The notes under the pieces are model-generated. The model saw nothing but the letters and a program-made list of their open reading frames with translations. It was not told the origin of the DNA and searched no databases. Below, in pieces: positions 41,742 to 49,321 of a stretch of 64,000 nucleotides of DNA. The position numbers and the translations under genes are program-made. The stretch covers positions 384,001 through 448,000 of the forward strand of contig CAVTQK010000009.1 in the NCBI GenBank assembly GCA_963736855.1. Direction: 5' to 3'. Positions within the stretch are counted from its first letter, which is position 1. The number at the start of each line of letters is the position of its first letter. Source of the stretch: an uncultured delta proteobacterium. Lineage in GTDB: Bacteria; Desulfobacterota; Desulfobacteria; Desulfobacterales; UBA2156.

Positions 41742-41871
41742 GGGACTGTTTCCTAAGCCGTCGAAACCGGAGATGAAATCGGAAAGTTTAGAGTTAAGGT
41801 ATTCCGCCTGTTGCAAACATACACCTTTTTTGGTGGATGCTAATGATAAAAGGTCCAATCTATAAGAAAGA

Positions 41872-43050
41872 TCACTGCACCGCTTTCAGGGCCCCTTTCC
41901 AGTGGCCGGCGATCCAGTACAGCGCCCCGAGGATCACCAGACCGCTGCCGAAGGCCAGCAAACCGATGACGCGGATGCGACTAGACCACTCCATGGAGAT
42001 GGCCGCCATGGCGCCGGCGCCGGCCACGAAGTAAAGAAAGATCATCAGCGACGAGGCCGTGCCGACATCCTGGGATACCTGTTCCAGCACCAGATTGTTG
42101 CTCAATGGCCTGGTCAGGCCGACACAGTAGGTGACCAGGAACATGGAGAAGGCAAAGGGCAGGGGCCCTTTAGGACCGATGAGCCAGATGCCCAGACCGC
42201 CGGCGGCCATTGCGGCGAAGCCCGCCTGCAGGAGGGGCCAGCCCGGCATGCGGCGGGCCAGGCGGCTGCAAGTGAAGGCACCGATCATGATGGCCAGGGC
42301 GTTGCCGCCGAAGAAGAGACCGAACATCTGGGCGTCCATGTGAAAATGAGTGATGTAGATGGCAGGCGATCCGGCGATGAAGGCGAAGACCGGCGTCATG
42401 ACCAGCGCCATCAGCACACTGATGGTGATGAAGCGTCTATTTTTGAACAGGCCCAGGTAGCGCCCCGGAATCTGTCTGAAGGTGGCTGGCACCTTGTTTT
42501 GCAGGGGTTCGGGCATGCGCAGGACGCCGATCCAGGCAAGCACCCCCCAAGCGGCCTGGATGAAAAAAATCCAGCGCCAGTTCAACCATTTGAGCACCCA
42601 CCCGCCTATCACGGGCGCCAGCATGGGCGCCAGGGCCACGATCACCCCCAGGTGTGCCAGCAGTTGCTGCCGCTCGCGGGCCAGGAAGAGATCCTTGGCG
42701 ATGGCCATGCAGAGCGCCGAGGCCGAAGCGGCGCCAAGCGCCTGTAGAATGCGAAACACGATCAGGCATCCCACACCATGGGCCGTGCCGCACAAGATGC
42801 TGGCGAGGATATAGACGGCGATCCCGGCCAGCAGCAAGGGGCGGCGACCGAAGCTGTCGGACACCGGGCCGTAGGCCAGCAGCGCGAAGCTGAAGAAGAC
42901 GAAGAAAAGGACCAGGGTCAGATTGATGGTGGAGAGGTCCGCACCCCAGGCGGTCTGCAGCATGGGCAGGGCCGGCAGATACATATCCGTGGATATGGGC
43001 GGGAATGCGGCCAACAGGGAAAGAAGCAGTAGTATGCGCGTATAGGGCAT
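41872..43050 (-). CDS. Bcr/CflA family multidrug efflux MFS transporter
   Basis: AFPPISTDMYLPALP, YGPVSDSFGRRP, FRILQALG, APMLAPVIGG, WRWIF; visibly more GC-rich than its flanks. Confidence 0.92.
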   Translation of the reverse strand: MPYTRILLLLSLLAAFPPISTDMYLPALPMLQTAWGADLSTINLTLVLFFVFFSFALLAYGPVSDSFGRRPLLLAGIAVYILASILCGTAHGVGCLIVFRILQALGAASASALCMAIAKDLFLARERQQLLAHLGVIVALAPMLAPVIGGWVLKWLNWRWIFFIQAAWGVLAWIGVLRMPEPLQNKVPATFRQIPGRYLGLFKNRRFITISVLMALVMTPVFAFIAGSPAIYITHFHMDAQMFGLFFGGNALAIMIGAFTCSRLARRMPGWPLLQAGFAAMAAGGLGIWLIGPKGPLPFAFSMFLVTYCVGLTRPLSNNLVLEQVSQDVGTASSLMIFLYFVAGAGAMAAISMEWSSRIRVIGLLAFGSGLVILGALYWIAGHWKGALKAVQ

Positions 43051-43377
43051 CGCCGAAGTTCCGGTTTCGAGGGTCACGTTCAAACGTCTTTCATACGCCA
43101 TTTGCGATCGCGCCACGAGGATGCTGGCCGCATTTTTCAGGGCGATCGCGGATTGTTGCCGATTCAAACGCCGTCGCATGATATTCCGAGAATGTTAATA
43201 CAGGCCTTTTCGTCCTGCGGCAAGAGATCCCACACTTGATAAATTCCAAAGAACTATGAGGTGATTTCAAAACGTCCCCTCGGGTTCAATATCTGCATTG
43301 GGGCGAGGCGTCCAATCCTCGAAATACGTGTATGGTATTCATTCATCGAAAAAAGCCCATCTCGTCATTGGCTGATA

Positions 43378-43775
43378 AAAGCTCTACATCAACAATTCTT
43401 TCGGTGTAGAATTGGATAGTCCTTTTACGCCTTGGATTCCACGACTATCGATCTGTGTCTTTCTCTTTTTCCCTGGGCCAAATTCCGGAAAAGAAAGGCA
43501 GCGGTGAAACTGCATATGCTTTTGGATCTTCTGGGAAGCATCCCCAGTGGTGTCATCATTACATCCGGCAAAGTCCACGACGTCAGAATCCTGGACCGGA
43601 TCGTTAAAAAAATTATCCGGCAAAGATACGGCGAATCCTCTGTCTGGACCCCGCCACCCAAAAACATCTGACTTTCTTAACCAACAATCTTTCTCTTTCT
43701 GCCACAGCCGTTGCCGATGGCACGTTGAATTGTTCTTTAAATGGATCAAACAACACCTGCGCATTAAAGATTCTT
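43378..43775 (+). mobile_element. IS4-family transposase remnant (internally deleted)
   Basis: LDSTTIDLCLSLFPWAKFRKRKAAVKLH.LLDL.GSIP...GKVHDV and RW.VELFFKWIKQHLRIK segments. Confidence 0.85.
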
Positions 43776-43789
43776 TGAGGATCTCGATC

Positions 43790-44060
43790 CATTCCGGTTA
43801 TTAGCAGCATGCTCTTGATCTAGCGCATGACATCTGAGCGGTGATTGATGATCTGCCACCTGGTCCTGAGTATTTGACGGTGCGCCCGATCTTCAGGAGA
43901 GAGAACCCACACCCTTTTGAGCATATTTCTCTCAAGAAGCCCGGCCAGTTTGAGGTTGTTCTTTTTATCCGTCTTGACCTTGCTCCCGCTCTGGGTGGGT
44001 ATCAGGGATGGAGGCGTTACAAGACAGTCAATGTCATCGACGGTCAGTCGGTCATATACG
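43790..44060 (-). mobile_element. IS110-family transposase remnant
   Basis: Manual translation YDRLTVDDIDCLVTPPSLIPTQSGSKVKTDKKNNLKLAGLLERNMLKRVWVLSPEDRAHRQILRTR, followed by a premature stop. Confidence 0.75.
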
Positions 44061-44074
44061 AGTCCAAAGGTTAC

Positions 44075-44437
44075 ACATCGTCCAAAACATTTAGTGCATC
44101 TCGATTTATGGGAAACTCGGAACTGTGACCCGCCGGCCGCAAAACATACACAAGTCCCCGAGTAGACATATGACGACGCATACCCCCAACTCCCATTTGC
44201 CGATGCCTGGATTCAATAAATTGTGAATTTAAGGCATACGGGACAGGTATCGTTAAAATCGGTGGAAATGACGCGGATCTTCAGGGTTTTTCTGGAATCA
44301 TCGACTCGTCCAGCATAACCGACCGATCCCCCGAAAACCACCACGAAACCCTCCACAATATAAAGTGCCTGCTAAAACTTGACATACAAGACGATTTCTG
44401 AGATACATCAAGTCGCGAAAAGGAAATTCTTATCCAT
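44075..44437 (+). mobile_element. IS91-family (Y2) transposase C-terminal remnant and downstream end region
   Basis: KHLVHLDLWETRNCDPP resembles the C-terminus of these transposases; ends in an 80-bp sequence that also follows the second IS91 fragment. Confidence 0.6.
44358..44437 (+). repeat. 80-bp direct repeat, copy 1 (putative IS91-like end)
   Basis: ATATAAAGT...TTGACATACAAG...AAAAGGAAATTCTTATCCAT; 4 mismatches versus 45291..45370. Confidence 0.9.
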
Positions 44438-44456
44438 GGAAAAATTAGGGCACATC

Positions 44457-44885
44457 ATGAAGAAAAAGATTGGTATCTGGATCGATCACAAGAAGGCAAT
44501 TTTAGTTTCGATAGAAGGCGGCCAAACAACGGTTGAGCGAATCGAGTCACACGCCGAAAGCCACTTTCGTCCATCAGGCGGGTGGAAAGCGGCTGGCACT
44601 TCCGTGGCTCAATCAGTATCAAAAGAGCGAAAAGCGGACGAGCGCCGCAAACACCAGTATCATAACTTCTATCAGCTGGTAATTAAAGAGGCCGGCAAAG
44701 CCGACAATATCTTCATCTTTGGCCCCGGTGAGGCGAAACTTGAGCTGGCAAAAGAAATTGAGAAAATAAAGGACAAGCGCGACAGGATTGCAACAGTCGA
44801 GGCCTCCGACAGATTAACTGAAAACCAAATAGTTGCGAAGGTGAGATCCTTTTTTATAGAGTCAGAGAATCGGAACTTACCATAG
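44457..44885 (+). CDS. eRF1-domain/host-attachment-like hypothetical protein
   Basis: KKIGIWIDHKKA.LV ... IFIFGPGEAK.EL ... D.LTENQIVAKVR pattern. Confidence 0.7.
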   Translation: MKKKIGIWIDHKKAILVSIEGGQTTVERIESHAESHFRPSGGWKAAGTSVAQSVSKERKADERRKHQYHNFYQLVIKEAGKADNIFIFGPGEAKLELAKEIEKIKDKRDRIATVEASDRLTENQIVAKVRSFFIESENRNLP

Positions 44886-44998
44886 GCTGAACGATAGCAA
44901 TTTTAGACGACAGGAATTTGACGCAGAACCTCCAAAAATCGTATCTCAATATTCCCCCGAAGCACTCGTCTCTGATCTTTATCGGCTCTCAGATCAAC

Positions 44999-45077
44999 CA
45001 GAAACCTCTTTACCGCGCCTACCAGCAAAATCCAAAGGCAATTAATTGCCCAATGGAAACAAGAAATCTTTCCGGAA
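44999..45077 (+). mobile_element. IS630-family transposase micro-fragment
   Basis: QKPLYRAYQQNPKAI, then a frameshift, then QWKQEIFPE; resembles the IS630 QKP.RRAYQQ.P....W motif. Confidence 0.55.
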
Positions 45078-45107
45078 GTAAATCATCCCCGCCTTAAAAG
45101 GCGCGGC

Positions 45108-45296
45108 ATGAGAAAGAAGGCGGGAGAGAATGACAGCGTGCCGACGTTGATGGAGCATGTTCTGATATCCCGCGCGTTTCGGAAGAACCGGGCCCGGCTG
45201 ATCCGGAAGATTTATCATGTGGACCCCTTGCTTTGCCCGAAGTGCCAGGAAGTCATGAAGATCATATCGTTTATCGAGGAGCCGGAAGTTATATAA
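45108..45296 (+). mobile_element. IS91-family transposase C-terminal fragment
   Basis: RKKAG...RKN.ARLI.KIY.VDPL.CPKC...MKIISFIE..EVI motif. Confidence 0.75.
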
Positions 45297-45370
45297 AGTA
45301 TCTGCTAAAACTTGACATACAAGACGATTTCTGAGATACGTCAAGTCACGAAAAGGAAATTCTTATCCAT
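45291..45370 (+). repeat. 80-bp direct repeat, copy 2
   Basis: Near-identical to 44358..44437. Confidence 0.9.
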
Positions 45371-45408
45371 CATCTTTCACCCAATAAGATCACGCCCGTG
45401 CCGGGCAT

Positions 45409-45465
45409 TCACAACCGGTTGCAGCGGACGACGCTGCGTGCCGGCGCTGAACCGGAGCGTTAAAC
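45409..45465 (+). other. Integron attC-like recombination site
   Basis: CGGTT-G-CAGCG ... CGCTG-AACCG stem with an extrahelical G; R' box GTTAAAC (GTTRRRY) at 45459-45465; R'' box degenerate; a promoterless ORF starts 25 nt later. Confidence 0.7.
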
Positions 45466-45489
45466 CCCAAATTGAAGGAGAGATGATAA

Positions 45490-45834
45490 ATGAGCAAGAA
45501 AACACATCTCTATGTGTTATGGACTAATGACAATCCGATTACTGCAGAAAAAATGGTATTTATGTATACCGTAAATTCTCTCATTCATGGTTGGTGGGAA
45601 AAAGTCACTCTTATTATTTGGGGCGCGTCTGCTAAATTGGTGAGCGAAGATGACAATATTCAAAAAATGGTTAAGAAAGCATTAAAAGCAGGAGTTCATA
45701 TAACTGCTTGCAAGGCTTGCGCAGATCAATTGGGCGTAACGAAAACTCTAGAAAAACTTAACATTGAAGTCAAGTATTGGGGAATCCCGTTAACAGAGAT
45801 CTTAACAAATGAGGAAAAGCTGTTAACAATATGA
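45490..45834 (+). CDS. DsrE-family protein (cassette-like, low GC)
   Basis: LYVLWT..N..TAEKMVFMY..NS....WWEKVTLIIWG...ACKACADQLG...YWG.PLT; RBS GAAGGAG. Confidence 0.85.
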   Translation: MSKKTHLYVLWTNDNPITAEKMVFMYTVNSLIHGWWEKVTLIIWGASAKLVSEDDNIQKMVKKALKAGVHITACKACADQLGVTKTLEKLNIEVKYWGIPLTEILTNEEKLLTI

Positions 45835-45924
45835 AATAGCACGGATTCCCATGAAGGGTATAAAGCCTTTCGGATTCTCAGTCCACCATGGTTAAGAGGC
45901 GTCTTTTGATCATTCATATGTTAA

Positions 45925-46120
45925 CAGTGCTGTCTGGCTAAAATTTTAAAAATTGTACATAACTAATTGATATTATATATTATATTGACGAAATTGAGAG
46001 GGATCGACTTGAAATTCGTTTAGGTCTGGCCCCATACTCCTTTGCCGGCAAACTTCGCGTGCGAAAGGAGTACAGCAATGTATCAGAGGCAGACCGTTTT
46101 TTCCCAGGTGATGGACTTTT
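45925..46120 (+). mobile_element. IS4-family left end and transposase 5' fragment
   Basis: IR-like CAGTGCTGTCTGGCTAAAA, RBS AAGGAG, then MYQRQTVFSQVMDF, a typical IS4 transposase N-terminus, truncated. Confidence 0.6.
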
Positions 46121-46171
46121 TCGTTCTTTTACATGCTATTGTAGTGTCTCAGTAACGGCTTTACAATAGGT

Positions 46172-46235
46172 GTCATTGCGGGCTTGCCCCGGAATCCAGT
46201 CCTTTAAGCTGGAATCCCGTTTTCACGGGAATGAC
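46172..46235. repeat. REP-like palindromic element
   Basis: GTCATT...GGAATCCAG-n9-CTGGAATCCCG..CGGGAATGAC nested inverted repeats; single copy in the window. Confidence 0.55.
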
Positions 46236-46434
46236 GGATTATGGACTATTTTAAAGTTTTTTTTAGATACACACCACTAGGATGGTTCAGCACGATGCGA
46301 AGGGGGACATTTGATCCGATGAGATATGTCGGAAGGTATGCTTGGAACCATGGCCCTATCAATCCGGGATTACCCTTCATACAAGAACATTTAATGGCCA
46401 AAAAGACCGGTTTTGAGGAACAGCTATTTAATAA

Positions 46435-46555
46435 ACAAGGGGAGCCCCCGAAGGTGGGAGTCCGGTATTGCGGATTTACAGGTCGATTGTTTTTCCGGAT
46501 AACCACCGAGAACGTTGATCTTCGAGAAAATCCGGCCGAAGGCGGGTTGGCAAGA
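46435..46555 (+). ncRNA. Candidate structured cis-regulatory RNA upstream of the PilZ gene
   Basis: Nested stems GGTGG/CCACC and GTCCGG/CCGGAT, hairpins TCT-TCG-AGA and AATCC-G-GCC-GAA-GGC-GGGTT; ends about 30 nt before the RBS. Confidence 0.35.
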
Positions 46556-46592
46556 CGAAGACCAATGACCAAACCACATCAAAGGAGGAAAT

Positions 46593-46997
46593 ATGCCCGA
46601 CGAATATGAAAGTGCCAATCGAAGAGAATTTAAGCGTATTCCGTTCTCACCGTCGGAAGAAGTATTAGGTGTTGTTAGTCTTACTGAAACGGATCGGGAT
46701 ATCTATCATTTTAAAATCGCGGATATCGGAGCCGGCGGGTTGAGGTTTATTGTCCGTCGGGAGGATTTACCGACTATCGATTACGGTAATAGGCTTTTTC
46801 TTAAATCAATTAACGGAGAGAGCCAACTCGCTTTCTTATGCCCTCAGGAACTGGAAATCATGTGGTTTTTGGATAAACGCATTTTTACCTATGTGCTCAT
46901 CGGTTGCCAGTTCAAGAAGATATCGAAAGACAAACAACAACGTGTCGATGAATTCATCGAATTCAAAATCCACCAAGGGAAAAAAGGAAATGCATGA
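46593..46997 (+). CDS. PilZ-domain (c-di-GMP-binding) protein
   Basis: RREFKR (RxxxR) and DIGAGG motifs, IGCQF; strong RBS AAAGGAGG. Confidence 0.85.
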   Translation: MPDEYESANRREFKRIPFSPSEEVLGVVSLTETDRDIYHFKIADIGAGGLRFIVRREDLPTIDYGNRLFLKSINGESQLAFLCPQELEIMWFLDKRIFTYVLIGCQFKKISKDKQQRVDEFIEFKIHQGKKGNA

Positions 46998-47241
46998 TAA
47001 GGGTCCGAGGGTTTTCGATCTTGGAAAATTCCACCGACGTAAGCGTACAGCGGTTATCATGGGATGGGTGACACTACTGCACACGGAGGTTCAAGTAAGC
47101 CGCTTCACGGCAGAAACAAACCCGCGCAAATAATTCAAAAGTACCTGTGGTTCCTGCCCTGATCTAACCTGCCTATTTTATTATATTATCTCCCCTTAAA
47201 GCCACTTGCAAGAGGCAGATGGCAGCGAAGTTGCCCGACTT

Positions 47242-48642
47242 TCATGGCCGCTGGGCTTCGATGAAGGCAATCGCCCTCATTAAGCGCTCGACGGTACGCT
47301 GTTTGCCCAGCACATGCAAAATCTCGAAGATGCCGGGGCTTGCCGTCTTGCCGGTCAAGGCCACCCTCACTGGTTGAGCGACCTTGCCCAATTTAAGACC
47401 GGTTTGTTCCATGGCCGATTTAAAAACGCCCTCCAGTTCTTTTTCCCCGAAGGTATTCAAGGCTTCCAATTTCTTCGTGATATGATGAAGAATAGCGGCA
47501 GATTCGGCGTTGAGAAATTTTTTAGCCACCGCTTCTTCGTAAACGATGTTTGCGGAAAAATAAAATAAGGCGCTGTCGGCCATCTCCGCAAGGGTCTTGC
47601 TTCGCTCGACAAGAGTGGAAACCGCCCCTTCAAGATCCGGCCCGCCTTCCACTTGAACGCCTCGTGCGACAAGGAACGGATGAAGCTGTTCGGCCAGGAT
47701 TCCGGCAGACATTCGCTTGATGTGCTCCGCGTTGACGGACAAAAGTTTTTCCGGGTTGAAGACTCCGGGGGATTTTCCGAGCCTTTCCATTGAAAATTTT
47801 TCAATGAGGTCATCCCGGGTAAATATCTCCTGATCCCCGTATGACCATCCCAGGCGGACCAGATAGTTGATGAGGGCCTCCGGGAGATACCCCATATCCC
47901 GGTAGGCCAGCACCGACATGGCGCCATGGCGCTTGCTCAGGCGGGAACGGTCGCTACCTAAAACCATAGGAACGTGACCGAATATGGGAAGGGCCGCACC
48001 CAGGGCCTTATAGATCAGGATCTGCTTAGGGGTGTTCATCACATGATCGTCGCCGCGAATGATCACATTGATGCCCATGGTGATATCATCCACTACCACT
48101 ACAAAATTGTAGGTGGGCGTACCGTCCTTCCGGGCGATGATGAAATCGTCCAGCTCGCTGTTTTCAAAAACGATGCTTCCCTTGACGACATCGTTTAGGA
48201 TCGTCGTTCCGATCTGGGGAGCCTTGAACCGGACCACCGTTTCTTCGGAAGGCTTCAGACCCCGCTCCCGGCATTTCCCATCGTACTTGGGCTTCCCACC
48301 CGAGGCCATGGCGTTTTTACGGATTTCTTCGAGCCTTTCCGGGGGACAATCGCAATAGTAGGCGTGATCCGATTCGATAAGCTTTTGGATATGATCCTGA
48401 TAGATATTGAAACGTTGGGATTGAAAGTATGGCCCCTCATCCCAGTCGATACCCAGCCACTTGAGCGACTCCAGGATGGCGTCCACAGATTCCTGCGAGG
48501 AGCGTACCGTGTCCGTGTCCTCGATTCTTAAGATAAATTTTCCCTTGGTGTGTCGGGCATACAGCCAGTTGAACAGAGCCGTCCGGGCGCCTCCCAGATG
48601 AAGATTCCCGGTTGGACTCGGAGGAAATCGCGTAACGATCAT
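47242..48642 (-). CDS. gltX: Glutamate--tRNA ligase
   Basis: RFPPSPTG.LHLGG, LRIEDTD, IRGDDH, RLSKRH. Confidence 0.97.
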   Translation of the reverse strand: MIVTRFPPSPTGNLHLGGARTALFNWLYARHTKGKFILRIEDTDTVRSSQESVDAILESLKWLGIDWDEGPYFQSQRFNIYQDHIQKLIESDHAYYCDCPPERLEEIRKNAMASGGKPKYDGKCRERGLKPSEETVVRFKAPQIGTTILNDVVKGSIVFENSELDDFIIARKDGTPTYNFVVVVDDITMGINVIIRGDDHVMNTPKQILIYKALGAALPIFGHVPMVLGSDRSRLSKRHGAMSVLAYRDMGYLPEALINYLVRLGWSYGDQEIFTRDDLIEKFSMERLGKSPGVFNPEKLLSVNAEHIKRMSAGILAEQLHPFLVARGVQVEGGPDLEGAVSTLVERSKTLAEMADSALFYFSANIVYEEAVAKKFLNAESAAILHHITKKLEALNTFGEKELEGVFKSAMEQTGLKLGKVAQPVRVALTGKTASPGIFEILHVLGKQRTVERLMRAIAFIEAQRP

Positions 48643-49118
48643 TGCTTATCATTTCCTTTTCGATATTTATAAAATTGCCGTCGATTTATTAGTAACCATT
48701 TGAATATTATATTCTTATTATTATCCACTCACGCAATATTTTTCAGCTTAGCTCATCGACTTTTTTCTAACCTAGTCATTAAAAGGCAGAACCTTCTTTT
48801 TCCAGCCGTAATCCTGCGGGTGCTTTCCGGCTTGATATCCCATCCTTTCCTACAATGCTTTCGGATGAGGGCCCCGTATAATCCGTTATGAATTTATATT
48901 TAATTTTATCAATTAGTTAAATCCATTTCCCACATCGATCCATTCGGCGAACTTTTTCATATCACATGCCGTATCCGAGTACAAGAGGAACAATTTTAGT
49001 TGCGCCGATGAAAAGTCCTTGACAACGTTTCGGTTTTCAATTACTAGATGCCAATTATTTCGATTCAGATTCATTTTGTAAAAATAAATAGCAATGTCAA
49101 TTAGTTAGGAGATTACTT

Positions 49119-49298
49119 ATGCCACTGCCAAAACGTAGGAAATCCAAGTCAAAACGTGACATGCGCCGGGCGCATTATAAGACCGACCTTCCCAATCTGT
49201 CGCCGTGCCCCCAATGCGGGGAGGCCAAGCCGTCGCATCGCGCCTGCCCCAACTGCGGTACCTACAAGGGGCGCAAAGTGATCGAAACCGAAGAATAA
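49119..49298 (+). CDS. rpmF: 50S ribosomal protein L32 (zinc-ribbon type)
   Basis: Manual translation MPLPKRRKSKSKRDMRRAHYKTDLPNLSPCPQCGEAKPSHRACPNCGTYKGRKVIETEE (59 aa, below the ORF-track cut-off); RBS AGGAGA. Confidence 0.95.
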   Translation: MPLPKRRKSKSKRDMRRAHYKTDLPNLSPCPQCGEAKPSHRACPNCGTYKGRKVIETEE

Positions 49299-49321
49299 GT
49301 CCCCAGAAAGCCCTTTTCGAT

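Noticed and set aside
41232..41858. 208-aa ORF as a real helicase-transposase fusion
   Set aside because: Chance in-frame join of a truncated helicase, an antisense IS91 piece and an IS110 fragment; no complete domain
43258..43340. Possible half-copy of another small intergenic repeat family
   Set aside because: Only one partial copy in the window; the resemblance rests on recollection and cannot be supported here
41262..44006. The 268-bp repeat pair as a DGR template/variable region
   Set aside because: Mismatches are not adenine-specific and no reverse transcriptase is present
46241..46609. 122-aa ORF upstream of the PilZ gene
   Set aside because: No RBS or motif; it overlaps the structured leader and the PilZ start
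46998..47240. tRNA or 6S RNA downstream of gltX, or a 47-aa ORF at 46990..47133
   Set aside because: No cloverleaf or T-loop, no convincing 6S-type long duplex, and the peptide has no recognisable features
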